A stretch of DNA of 64,000 nucleotides from Stegostoma tigrinum (Eukaryota), in contig NC_081371.1 in the NCBI RefSeq assembly GCF_030684315.1, forward strand, positions 24,299,440 through 24,363,439, in the 5' to 3' direction. The notes beneath the pieces were generated by a model that saw only the letters and a list, made by a program, of their open reading frames with translations, was not told where the DNA came from and made no database searches. The position numbers and the translations under genes are program-made. Every line of letters starts with the position of its first letter. The stretch's first letter is position 1. Of this stretch, positions 39,471 to 52,160 are shown in pieces.

Positions 39471-40260
39471 CCGAATTACCTTTCATAAACCATGTTCTGC
39501 CTGATTCTGTACTGATTTTTTAAATGTTTTGCTGCTCCTTCCTTAATTCCAACATTTTCCCAATAACAGAACTTAAGACTAACCCATGACCCATAATGCC
39601 CCCTCTTCTTTAAAGAAAAACAAAGAACTGCAAATGTTGGAAATCGGAAACAAAAACAGTAATTGCTGGAGAAACTCAGTGGATCTGGCAGCATCTGTGG
39701 AGAAAAATCAGAGTCAAAGTTTCAGGCCCAGTGGCCCTTCTTCAATCCATTCTAAACTTCAACTTAGGTTTAACTAAAAGCAAAATCCAAATGCAAATAA
39801 AATTAGCGATAGCACCTCAGGCACAATGATCTTACAGGCAAAACTCTTACAATCTCGAGAATAAGTTTAAGACCACAGAATTCCAAAGGCCCAAAAAGTA
39901 TGACAAAATTTCAATGAAAACAACATTGAGATTCTAAAATAGTACTGATCATCTACAAAATTCCCAATCTGGAGCTGACAGCAGGGGGTGCTTGCATGTA
40001 TGTATGTGTTTTTGATTGCTAATTACAAGAAAGATTTAGACTTATGCATTCAACAAGGCAAGCACATCAATGAAGATAATCACAAAAGCATCATGAGATA
40101 CTCAGAAGAAACAGTAATCCTAAGAAAGGAAAATGTAACTGGCACTCGAGATTGCTGGGTGACTAGTTAACAGGGAATGTGTAGTCTACTGTCTATTAGC
40201 TAGCGGGGAATATCACCTATGGCAACCTAAAATTTCCCAATTTACATCAGTTTTTCATAC

Positions 40261-40390
40261 CTGGAGCTGGGAGAGCATTGTGGGTGGGTGAACCCATGCC
40301 CAGGTGACTTCCTGTAACAGGTAAGGTGGTGCTAACAGATGAAGCACTCAGTTGATCCATTCCCACAGGGCTCAGGTTGATGTCATTCAT
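40261..40390 (-). CDS. PRDM4: PRDM4 first conserved coding exon (exon 40391-40261)
   Basis: [43 protein letters not shown], resembling the vertebrate PRDM4 N-terminus (MNEMNLSPVGM..); acceptor ttttaag|, donor ccag|gtatg. Confidence 0.93.
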
Positions 40391-40853
40391 GCTTAAAAAT
40401 ACACAATGTATATGTTATTAATCAGTGATTGTGGCCCGAGATTAACTGCAGATATAGCATTCTCTTGCTGGAAGTTCATTTAATCAAAATTAGGCAGGAA
40501 TTAACACTGAAAGCATATGTAACACAAGACATTTCCTTCCATCAAAGCGAAAACATCAAGTGACACTGCCAAATGTAATTACTAACAATGGTCACCTCCA
40601 TCCTACAAATCCAACAGGACAGGACTTCTAGTCCTACTTTACAATCATTTACTGAATCAGAGATTTGATTATGTAAAATCTAAAGAATTCAAATCATCCT
40701 TTACTGTAATGATGCTGACATTGCACTTCTGAACATCACAAACGTCCTTCACTTATGGGTTAGAGACAATAAACTGATTATCATAGTTCAATTTTTTAAA
40801 AATCCCACCCTTCTGACCACTGTCATTTCATAGACTCTTCTCTATTTACTCAC

Positions 40854-40872
40854 GTGCTCTCGGTGCAACCAA
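40854..40872 (-). CDS. PRDM4: Candidate PRDM4 19-nt microexon
   Basis: cttttctttgaaattacag|TTGGTTGCACCGAGAGCAC|gtgagt; phase 1 in and phase 2 out joins the upstream ATG to the main ORF. Confidence 0.55.
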
Positions 40873-40967
40873 CTGTAATTTCAAAGAAAAGAAAAACATC
40901 CAGGTACAGCACTGTACAGAAAATAAGGTGGTTCTTTCATACTGTTATGACAAAAGCAGGAATTTAC

Positions 40968-41034
40968 CTGAAGCTGTCTCCTGATTTATCAGACCCCAGG
41001 AGGTTTTTGCTGCTGAAGTATCCATCTATTCCCA
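40968..41034 (-). CDS. PRDM4: Candidate PRDM4 exon 2 with upstream ATG at 41025
   Basis: ctcttgcttttcacag| ... cag|gtaaat; encodes MDTSAAKTSWGLINQETAS plus 1 nt. Confidence 0.6.
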
Positions 41035-41708
41035 CTGTGAAAAGCAAGAGAATATTAAAGTAAAGACAAAGCATGAACCTCAGAGTACAGTTTTAAAGGG
41101 TCTTGCAGTTCTATGGTTGTATCCCTACCTCTGTGACATGACGCCCAGGTTCAAGTTCGACCTGTTCAGAGGTATGCAATTAAATCTCTGAATAGCTTGA
41201 TTAGAAATTTGTTTTTACACTACTCTTGCCCAGTTACAACATAAACCACAAAAAGTACATCGCCTATCTACACCATCCCTCACGAATCCCACCTCATTAC
41301 TAACAGAGGCACAGACCTAACCAGAATACAGTTCTGCAGCCTCAATGCAGTATCAATACAAACCCATCTTACAATCGAGTTCAAGTATCAGTGTAGATAC
41401 TCTCAGTATACATCATGCTTACTAATTACAAATGCAATCAGCACACATACATCAACAAAACCCATGGAATACCCACAGGTACCTCGTGAGATTGCAGAAA
41501 CAAACTGTAAGGCTACACCCACCAATCTATTAACAGATACAGATCTTTTACCACACGTTTTTAGTCCGTGGAACATACAAATGTTGTGCAGATGTTGCAC
41601 GTCCTGCTTAAAAATTGGCACATTTATGATAGCCAATTAGCTTTATTAGACGTGGCCTGTGCCAACTGGGTATAACACTTGCCTAGGACCTGGTGCAAGC
41701 TTGAGCTA

Positions 41709-41904
41709 GGCACACAGTGGGTGCAGGGACTGGCTGGGTACACAGTGGGTACAGAGACAGACCAGGTGCACAGTGGGTGCAAGGACTGGTCAGGCACACA
41801 GTTGGTGTAGGGACTTGCCAGGAACTGGGTAGGTGCAGGGCCTGGGTGGGCACACGGTGGGGGCAAGGGCAGGCCAGGCATAGGGTCGGTGCAGGGCCTG
41901 GCTG
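41709..41904. repeat. Degenerate 28-bp G-rich minisatellite, 7 copies
   Basis: Units such as ggcacacagtgggtgcagggactggctg / ggtacacagtgggtacagagacagacca keep exact 28-bp spacing. Confidence 0.85.
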
Positions 41905-42059
41905 GGCAAAGGGTGAGTGGCCCAGTTATAAGGCAGACAGCAGTGAGAAGATTCCCTCCCATGTGCCCTGCTGCGGTCGGGTTACATATTGCCCAGTCAG
42001 GGCTGTCAGTCTCAGGGTGACAAACACTGCTCAGCCAGGGATCAGTCAGGGAAAAGTGA

Positions 42060-42330
42060 TGCTCACTGACCCCCGCCCCCCCGAGGCAGACGGCCGACCC
42101 CAACGATCCTAATGTCTGCTGGAAACCAGGCCTGGCTCGCCCCTGTCCCCGCTTGTTCCCCGTTCTCCCGGGTTTCTTACTTCGCCTCCTTTCGGATGTA
42201 TTTTTGCGCTGATTGTTTGTCACCGACCAGACAATCTGCGCAGCCGCACACCCCCAGCCTGGCCCGCGGTGTCGCAGTACGCCTGCGCAGTCCCCACTGC
42301 GCCCCCAGTTGCTCAATCCCAGAAATGACT
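42060..42330 (-). promoter_or_regulatory. PRDM4: PRDM4 CpG-island promoter and non-coding exon 1
   Basis: CpG-rich; NRF1-like tacgcctgcgca at 42278-42289; GC box at 42070; minus-strand donor gaa|gtaaga at 42181/42180. Confidence 0.75.
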
Positions 42331-43179
42331 CGAATCAACCACAGACTGTTGGACTGAGGCTGCAGTGCAGAATGAACTGGGTTGACAAGACTATCAGGAC
42401 ATTGGAACCAAAGAAAAAAAACTTGCACTTGTTCAGTCGTATCCTGATGACACAGAGTTCTTTGTCTCCAATTAATTATGTCTGCAGTGTCACTATTTTC
42501 ATATAAGAAAACTAGGCTTATCAATTTATGTTCACTAATATACTACATTAAATAAAGCCAACATGGGTATTTCAACATACAAATGTGCAAATTGAAAGGA
42601 AAAGCACTTTTTTGTAGTTTTAATGACATTGTAAGTAATGAACTAGAAGAGGAAACAGTGTAATTTCAGCACACAGAATTGTTTGTTGTGAAGGAAAATA
42701 GAGGCAACATCAGCAATGGAAATGATCTGGGAGTTTGTTTGAAATTGGAAGAAGCCATGTTCTTGCTTCCAAATTTTCTGCAAAGCGAAAGATAGCAAAA
42801 TGCAATGAACTTCCTGGTAACTATCATTTATTTCCTGTCCAGCTTAAGTAAGGATCTCCTCTGAGCATAGATGTCTAAAAAAAGATGAATTTTTCTTGCA
42901 GAAACTAATTGTGGAAGTGCTCCAGATATAGTTTCAGAATGGGAAGATTAATCCTGCCCTCCCTCAAACTTGTCTGTGTGATTAGCAATGATGTCATATA
43001 TCCACATGTTAATCAGCACCCTCAATCCATCTGCCTTACTCATTTGATTCACTGTAATAAAATATATGTGATCTAACATTCCTAACATTAACTCAAATGC
43101 GCATGCTTTGCTTTCCAGGCTAATTTGGCATTTCTTCTATATTTGTTTGTGCATCATTCTCTTTCACGCTGCCACTCTG

Positions 43180-43480
43180 TATTCCACCACCCTGCCAAAT
43201 TAGTTTAAACCACTACAAACAGCACCATCAACAGCCCTCTGCAGCTGCAACTAGTTGGTTTTGTACAGGACCTACTGTCCCCAGAAACAGACCAAGTGAA
43301 ACAGTAATCCAAAGCCCTCTTTCTCATAGCAACTCTTCAGCTATGCATTCGTTTAGTTATCTGCCTACTCACTAGCACATGGCACCAGGAGTAATCTAGA
43401 GATTACAACCTTTGAGATCCTGCTTTTCAAGCTGCTGCCTAGCTCCCTAAATTCTTGTTGCAGGGCCTCATCTTTGTTTT
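43180..43480 (-). mobile_element. CR1 ORF1 esterase fragment
   Basis: Similar to 25.4-25.7 kb (ctagcacatggcaccaggagtaatctagagattacaacc). Confidence 0.7.
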
Positions 43481-46400
43481 TCAAAACTCAACCAAGCAGC
43501 TCAGGAAAGAAACTCGTTGCTCTCCCATGTCTCAGCATTATATTTAGAATGAATTCTGCCCCCACTCTTCTTAGCCTTGCTGCCAATCGTTCCTCATCCC
43601 TGTATTTGTAATTAATTTTACCATTCTTCCTAAACTCACTGTGTCCCCATCTCAGAAATGTGTTTAGTATGAATCCTCTCCTTTCTCCACACTCTTTTAA
43701 AACTTGCTGGTGCTCCGCTCTTGGCACTATGGTAGAAACGTTGACTGTGCACTGAAGCTGTTCAATATAATCCCATCTTTCCATGATAAAGTGATGGGTA
43801 ACATCCACAATGATTACACAATATTTAACCCTTTGAGATGCTGAGTAGGGTCAAATAAAGTTGTATGATGGCACTGACACTCTTTAATATATCCTTGCCT
43901 TTGCTGCAGTTAAATGCCTTCAGATCATCCACAGAGATTGTTTACTTATATTCCAGAACTGACAGCAAGCTTTGTTTATCTGACATCCAAGTCAAAGTTG
44001 TGTCACACTGTCATTATTCAGCAACGACAATGTGACATTGGAGGTTATGATGAGATGGAGCAATATATGCCAGGTAGGAGAAAAGGCTGGACAGTTTCCA
44101 ACTTCACTGTCTCATCGTAACCATTTACTGAATTTTTCCACCCAGTTTACCTGGTCTTCCATCTTTCAGTTTAGCTTCAACTTTTTACCTATCTTTATTA
44201 ATGTTTCCATCTGAGTATAACTCTTATGCTATCTTAATGTTTCCATCAATGTTTAACTATTGTGCTATCTTTAGTGTAAATCCCATGTATCACCAGGTAT
44301 ATGTTTGCATATATTTGTCTTTGTATTAATGTAGCTCTATATTTCTGACTAGGTCTGATTTTCAGCTCCCTTCCCGTTTATCCTGTTCATCTTTGTGGTA
44401 CTCTTCATACCAAAGCTGAAATCTGATCACTGATCTATGCAGTAGTGATGTTATTTCAATCACCACAATTCAAATGTTTCTAAGTGTCTGGGTGGGAGGA
44501 GGCAGGACTCTGAAGAATCTGTGCTACTCTTTGATCTGAGAGAAATTATCTGATCCCAAAACACGAGAGCCTGAAGCAGTCTTCAGTATACCTTGAAAAT
44601 CAGCACAAGAAGCCATCCGTTTGCTTCTGGTTTGTGAAGCTTTCGTCAACTCTTTGAGGTCAAAAGCCAGGAACTTGAAAAGCTACTTAAAACATTGGAA
44701 AAATCTCAGAAGACTTTTCAAGTTTTAAGAAGTCAGAAGTGCCTGTGCTTCCTGTTTCCCTCGGAGAAATATCAACCTGCAGAGAGTGTGGCGAACAGTA
44801 AAATGGCCAGAAAATCGTAAACCAAAGGTAAGAAAAGTTGTACCCAAATCACTCACAGTAATTGAAAATAATATTTATGAGCATTGTGCTTTTTCAAAGA
44901 AAACTTGCTTTTTTTATTCTTGTATAACAATTATTTGTGCCATCTTTATTTTCATCTTGTTTGATTATCTTTCTCCTTCTCTTTGCCACTATTTTAAATC
45001 CACATCTCTTTCCTGTCTTTTCTATATTTTCATCTGGTGGATTGTGTTTCTTTCTTATTCTTTCCTTTCTTCATTATTTTGATTTTTGTTTTCAACCATT
45101 ATAGGAATGTTTTTCTCCGTTTGATTTTCTCTATGCATTTCACTCCTCATCCTGGTTCAATTCTCCAGTTGGACTTTGATGTTATTCAATTTTTCAAACC
45201 TCTTTTTTCAGTTCAAACTCACTACTGCATGTTTTTCTAATGTTGCAATACTTGTATAAATTTCCATGTCAGGGATATTCACCAGTAAACATCAATTTCT
45301 CTTTCGTTATGTCTGTGCCAAGCTTCCTCTTCTACCTTCTCTTCGTTTTCTGTGTATTAGGATTGAGATTAAGTACTATTTCCTCTTTATAATCATGCCT
45401 CCCCCCACCGTTATCCATTTCTTTTTAATGCTTTTCATTGTCTTACACCTCTCATTTTACGTTATTTCTTTGTTATGAAGATTAATTTCTAGTTCCACCT
45501 ATTTTAATGCAGTGGCACAGATATTAATTCCTGAATATTCATACACAATCTCACGTAAAAGGTAAATAGTTTGGAACTTTACATTGATGTCTGACGCTAT
45601 TTCTTTCTGCAGTATTTATAAATGAAATTTAAGCCGTGATGCAAGGAAAATTTTGGGCAAACAAGCAAAGGTCTGCTCAAAATTCACAGTAAGTTATATC
45701 TAAACTTGGCATTCAATATTTCAATATCTCACTGACCTGTTGCTTTGAAGATATTTTCCTTATGATGCCATCTCAGCCTTTGTCCCATCTGATTGAGTCA
45801 ATGAAGAGACAATTCTCCGTCATGTTAACTTACAGAACATTTAGTGACGTGGTGACAATGTAAATTGCTGATTCAAAATGTGATGGAAAAATATTATCAG
45901 TTAGGAATACTTTTCACATTTTACAGAGACAATAGATTCAGTTCAGTCCAACGTCCTGGTTAGATTGTGACCAAGCAAATTACCAGTACTAGGTCCATCT
46001 GACTTTAATGGCCAGGGGTCATTAATATTCTGTGGGACAAACTAATTACTTGAACACAGTGAGAATAACAAAGAGGTTGACAGGCAGGAATGAGACTTCT
46101 GGTGGCAAGAGGTCACATCCAGAGTTTTAAGGGAAAGGTGCCTGGCATCAAGTCTGGAGAGCAGAGTCTGGAGGTGATTATGGTTTTGTGGAAAGTATTG
46201 GGGCTGAGAACAAACGGAAACCTAGAGTAGGTGTGTTTCAAAGTTTCCTTGTGAGGGTCATACCTGCTTCTCTGGCATCACAGTAAAACTCAATTTAAAG
46301 AAAAACTCGTTGAAGCTTTTCTAGCAGTTTGGCCTGCCAGGGAAGTTGGTGCTAGTGGTTAATATTGCAATAGGATTCCAATTGTACCATCTGGACTCAA

Positions 46401-47156
46401 TCAGCATATTCAGCAAAAGACCCGCTGGTTTATGGTGGAGGTTGTTGGCTAGTAGATGAATTTCCGAATCAATTTTAATTGACAATCCTCTCCCTTGCAT
46501 CTCCTCCTCTCACTGCTGGGCAAAGAGTAGTTTGAATATTTCCCAAAGTCACAATTGAGAATGGGTGAACAAATAATATTAACTCAGAACTTTTCACTGG
46601 ATGCATAATGTAACAAACAAATCTACAGATTTACAGCTGTTAGGCCACACATCAGGCGATGGCTAATACCACAGGGTGATTACAACAGGTCTTTCTACAT
46701 TCTCAGTGACCACGAAAGTTAATTTAAGAACCATTTCCTATTGTCATATCTGCATGCTCCTATATCACCATAACATATCTAATATATGTTACTTCTACCA
46801 ACGTGCTAAAATGTTGTTTGCCAAAATATCATGTGTAAGATGTCAGTCGATGCTGTGAATATTTAAGTGCTGGCATAAATTCAGAGAAAGATCAGTTCAA
46901 ATATTTTTTGTTTAACTGACATTCTTTGCATTTTAATTTTGGAACAGAGAATTCCAGCAAGGACACATAGAACAGCTTCTGTACCATTTAACATTTATTG
47001 ACCTTTTGTCTGAAGTTTGAAAGAGACTAATGTGACATGAGGTCCATTTGAGAATTTCAAGCTAAGAATATTGGCATTACCAACATTAACATAATTTTTG
47101 AAAGTAAATTGCCATAAAGGGTGGTAAACTTTTCTGCTCAAGTATTGGAATTCGAA

Positions 47157-47717
47157 ATGGATGACAATCAGCGAGGTTCAACACTGGAAAGAATTCCTTA
47201 CCCAAGACCCATCGGAGTGCCCATGGCAAGGGTACATGAGTGCCTTGGGATGACTTTTGCAGAGGGTTTGCCATTATCTTTTCCTGTTGATTCTGCATAC
47301 CTGGATGGTACATATCATGAAGGATATGTCAGAAGGTTGTCTTATCTACCTTTCCACAGCCACTTGGGGATCTATGATTATTCCTTTGAGCCAGCTTTTA
47401 TCAGAAAACGCAATGAAAGGGAACGGCAGCGGGTACGTTACGTTAATGAAGGCTATGCACGACTCAGAGAACATCTCCCTGATGATTTTGCAGACAAAAG
47501 ACTGAGCAAAGTAGAGACCTTAAGGGCTGCGATCAACTACATAAAACACCTTCAGGAGTTACTGAACCCTTCAGAGATTAAAGAGAGAAGGTCTCAATCT
47601 CCAAGAGCTGTGGAGGTCCACAAGCTTCCTTGCCCTGATCAACGGAGAGATGGTAATAGTGATGGAGAATCCAAATCCTCTTCACCCTTTAGCGAACTTG
47701 GTGAGCTAAGCAGCTAA
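47157..47717 (+). CDS. ASCL4: Achaete-scute family bHLH transcription factor, 186 aa (ASCL3/4/5 group)
   Basis: YSFEPAFIRKRNERERQRVRYVNEGYARLREHLP...RLSKVETLRAAINYIKHLQELL; single coding exon. The ASCL4 symbol rests on known PRDM4-ASCL4 adjacency rather than on phylogeny. Confidence 0.88.
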   Translation: MDDNQRGSTLERIPYPRPIGVPMARVHECLGMTFAEGLPLSFPVDSAYLDGTYHEGYVRRLSYLPFHSHLGIYDYSFEPAFIRKRNERERQRVRYVNEGYARLREHLPDDFADKRLSKVETLRAAINYIKHLQELLNPSEIKERRSQSPRAVEVHKLPCPDQRRDGNSDGESKSSSPFSELGELSS

Positions 47718-47733
47718 CCGACATACTTGATGT

Positions 47734-47739
47734 AATAAA
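47734..47739 (+). other. Candidate polyadenylation signal
   Basis: AATAAA 16 nt after the bHLH gene stop codon. Confidence 0.35.
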
Positions 47740-49589
47740 TGCAGTCTATTTAACAAGCAGTCATCTATTGTCTTTGCAACATACTGTTTGCCCGACCTTT
47801 TTTAGTATGAACTGTAGTCTGTTCCATCATGCAGAAATGGTCATGCAGCAATTCATATCTATATGAACCATGAATGCTTTCTCATTAGCCAATCCATCTC
47901 CAAGGCTTGGCAGGTAAACAGATGGAAACAAGAAGTAAGAAGGTAGAACATACAAAATTTACAAAATTCACACAGTAAATATAAAATTCACAAAAGGTTA
48001 CATAGTGAAGGTAATTTTGGATAAATCCTTGCTATTCAAACAATGGAGGATGTTTTAAAGTTTGTCCACGTTGACATTTTCATTTGGAGCTTCAATTATT
48101 TGTCTCACTCAAAGCAAAATCTATATACAAACAAAGCTGAAGAGGAGGGAGAAGACACAGCAGAAACTTTGTTGGTGACTGAGATCTGGATCAACACTTT
48201 TTCACAAAACCACATATATCCAAGTAATTCAAGAGTATTGTGTAGAGTGGAAATAAAACTTGAGGAAAAAATATGATTTTTTTTCATTTGTATAAAATGA
48301 ATCAAACAAACACCTGTATTTTTTTAGTACTGGTACCAGAACAAACTATTACAGGAGCATTATAAAACAAAATATGTCATCAAACCACACAAAAAGATAT
48401 TAGGTTAGATGAAAAACAAAAGACTGTTGAAGGAGACGTGTTTTAAGGAGAATCTTAAAGGAAGATAGTGAAGCAGAGATTGATTAGTTAACTGCAGGTG
48501 CCAACAATGATAAATAAATTAAATTTGGGATGCTAATGAGATTGGGATTAGATAGCAAATTTCTTGGATAGTTGTGGGCCAGAGGAGAAGGGTGGAGCCA
48601 AAGAGGGATTTGAAAAGAAAGGTGAGAATTTTAAAGTCATGAAACAAACAAAGAGGATGCTGGAGAAACACAGCATGTCTGGCAGCATCTATGGAGAGAG
48701 AAACAGAGTTAATGTTTCGAGCACGGTATGAAGTTTCTTCATTTCTGAAGCACAAGAATGTCAGGTGAACAGGACTTGGTGCAAATTAAGGCACAGTCAG
48801 CAGATTCTCAGGGTTAATTATGATACCAAAGACATAATCCAAAGTTGGCAATTGGGGTTTTGGTGTGTGGAAATTAGCTGTGAAATTACTCAATGCCCCA
48901 AAAAGCTTTTCTCTGGGAGGTTTAACATTGTTCCAACATAATCAAGCACTTACCTGTACAGGGTTGAGACTCCCATCAAATTAAGCCCCGAAAAGGGCAG
49001 AAATCCTATCGTCATTGCTTTCAGGCCTTTACCAGAAATTGTCTCTGGATCTCTGGGTGAGGCAAAGTGAGGATCTCGAGGAGAAGATGGTGTACAAAGC
49101 AAGGGCAGGTGCTGGTTTTGGGACCATCCTCTCCTGTTCCTTTATTAAATGTAGAATGCCTTACAATGAGTGACCCACTAGATAGCAGACAAATCTAACA
49201 GAGCTTGATGTATAATTTTCCTGCATGGTGAATTGTCTGTCCACCAGCGTTTGAATACTAGCGAAAGCAGGATGAGGCCTTCAAGTGATTTTTTAAGAGT
49301 TTTAATTGGCCAATGAGCTGGATGACCACACTGCACCATTCCAACTTGAAACTTAAATGAATGAGACAGGATAGCAGCAGGATATTCATCCTCTCAAATC
49401 CTGCCCGGTAGCTTCCAATACCAAACCTCCAGATTTGTCTTTGCAGAGATATTAAATTCCCCCCCAAGATCAACAATAGATAGGTCAGATAGATTTCCAA
49501 CAACTGAAGAGTTTAGAGAAGCTGCACTCATCTAAGTTAAAGGGAAAGTTGTCACAGCCCTATCAGACCATATGGCTGCTCTCTCATTA

Positions 49590-49611
49590 GAGAGAGAGAG
49601 AGAGAGAGAGG
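49590..49611. repeat. (GA)n microsatellite inside an old SINE-like repeat
   Basis: agagagagagagagagagagag. Confidence 0.9.
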
Positions 49612-49824
49612 GGTGTTGGTGATTTAACCTGAGGGTCACTATGCCTCAGGCAAGGCATGAGATTTAGAAGGAGAGATCTTCAATGGTAACATCAGCTGGT
49701 GCTGGAAAGGACCCTTATCTTGGCATTACACTGCGTTGCAAACCAGCCGTCCAGCCAAGTGAGTTAGTTACTCCAAGCAACAATAAATGAAACAAAGTGA
49801 GCACAATAGGAAACTAGTTGGGTT

Positions 49825-52160
49825 AGAAACATAGAAGATATGAGCTGGAGGAAGCCATTTGGCCCATTGAGCCTACTCCACCATTCTTCACGTTCATGGC
49901 TGATCGTTCAACTCAATAGCCTAATCCTGCTTTCTCTGCATAAAATTTGACCCCATCTGCCCCCCCAAGTGCTATATCTAGTCACCTCTTGAATACATGC
50001 AACCTTTTGGCATCAACTACTTCCTGTGGTAATGAATTCCATGGGCTCACCACTCTTTGGGTGAAGAAATATCTCCCCATCTCCGTCCTAAATCGTCTAC
50101 CCTGAATTCTCAAACTGTGACCCCTGGTTCTGGACACACCCACCATTGGGAACATGCTCCCTGCATCTACCATGTCCAGCCCTGTCGGCATTTTATAAGT
50201 CTCTGTGAGATCCCCCCTCATTCGTCTGAACTCAAGCAAAAACAATCCTAACCTAGTCAATCTCTCACAGCTTCAAACACATCCCACTGTGCTTTCAGAA
50301 ACATACAGACACTATTTATAACATATAAAGATCCAGGCATGCAGTTACACAGACAGCATGTCATGAATATTTGCGTCGTCAAATGTAAAGGTCATCTGTT
50401 GTTACTTCACAAGGACATAAGGGAATCAAGTGTCAAACCATGAGCATTTGAACACACAAATTTGGAACAGGAGTTGCTAATCTGGCCCCTTGTGCCTATT
50501 GTGCCAATTGTTAAGATTGTGATCCAATTGTGGTCTTTACTTCGATGTCATCCCACTTACCCTCTGACACCCTTACCAGATAATTATTTCACTCAGCCCT
50601 AAAGATATTCAATGATCCAATCTCCTATGCTGTTTAGGGAAGAGAATTCTTTGGCTAACAAACCTCTAAAAGAGACAAAAATCCTCATCTCTGTCTTAAA
50701 TGGGAAATTCCTTGTTGTTAACCTGTGTCTCCTGGTTCTGGTTGCTGCCACAAGGGGAAATATCATTTCAATATCCACCCGGTTAAGTCTACTCAAGGCT
50801 TTTATGTTGCAAAACGATCACCTCTTACTCTACTACACTCAATTGTTGCACATCCAACCTTTCCCCATAAGGCAGCCCCTTCCTCCGAGGAATGAATTGA
50901 GTGAACCTTCTTTGCATTTCTTCAAAAGGAATTAAATCCTTGTATAAATAAAAAGCAAAACTTCAGACTGTGCTCCAGATATGGCCTTGCCAATGCCCTC
51001 TAGCATCGTAACAAAACTTCCCTATTTTCGTATTCCATTCCCTTTAACAAGATTCTATTTGCTTTCCTAATCACTCACTCCACCTGCTACTAACATTTTG
51101 TACCAGAAAGCTCTCTATACTACAGATTTTAGCAACCTCTCTCTATATAAATAATATTCTGCTTTCTATTCTTATTCCAAAAGTGGACATGTTCACTTCT
51201 TTCCACATTATGCTCCACCTGCCTTTTTTTTGACAACTCATTCAACTTATCAATATCCCTTTGCACACTCCATATGACTGCTTCATTGTTTACTCTCCTG
51301 TCTAAGTTTATGCCATCAGCAAATTGAGCAACCATATATTTGGTCCCTACATCCAAACCACTGATGTAGCTTGGAATTGTGGGTCAGAGTTGATTCCTGT
51401 GACACTCCACATCTTGACAACATGAAAAGGCACATTCATCCCTACTCTCTGTTTCTGGAGACCTAACCAATCTTTTATTCATGCTAATATGTTAACTCCT
51501 GCATTACGAACTCTTATTCTCTGTAATATCATTTAGTGTAACAACTTATCAAATGACTTATGGAAATCCAGCAGACCACAGGAAGTGTGGTGGAAAGAGA
51601 TACACTGCATCTACAGGTTCCCTTTCATCCATGTTGTTTGTTAGTTCCTCAAAGAACATTAATACATTAGTCAAACTTTGATTTAGCTTTCAGAAAACCA
51701 TATTGATCTACGTGATTGCATTCAGATTTCTGAAGTGTCCTTTGAGAACCACTTAATAACGGATGCCAGAATTTCCCCTTCAACAGATGTTAAGTTAACT
51801 GATCTGCAATTGCTTGCTTTCTGTCTGTCTCCATTATTGAATTTGGGATACGTTCACTATTTTCCAATCTTACGGAACCTTCAATAGAACTTTGGGAAAT
51901 TAAAACCAATGTATCTACTATCTCAGCAGCAACTCCTTTTAAGGCCTTAGGATGGACCCCATTGGACTAGAAGATACATCAGCCTTCAGTTCTAATAATT
52001 TTCTCAGTACTCATTCCCTGTTGATTGTAATCATTTTAAATTCCTCATTCCCTTTAACTTCCTGATTTACAATTTTTGGTATATTACTTGTGTCTTCCAC
52101 AGAGAAGACAGACACAAAATGTGTTCAATACATCCATCATTTCTTTATTTCCCCTTATTG
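49825..52160 (-). mobile_element. Two CR1 3' fragments (49825-50265 younger; ~50455-52160 older)
   Basis: EFRRMRGDLTETYK..FFTQRVVSPWNSLP; AQFADGINL RT remnant. Confidence 0.85.

Noticed and set aside
41624-42524. 230-aa and other ORFs over the PRDM4 promoter
   Set aside because: Explained by high GC content and the 28-bp repeat; non-ATG starts and no recognisable domain.
44540-44830. Helical-looking open frame (YLENQHKEAIRLLL...) ending near a donor site
   Set aside because: No start or acceptor support, frameshifts needed and no recognisable family; kept only as a possible non-coding leader exon.
47121-47156. GTG-initiated 12-aa extension of the bHLH ORF
   Set aside because: ORF-finder alternative start; the first ATG at 47157 has good Kozak context (gaaATGg).
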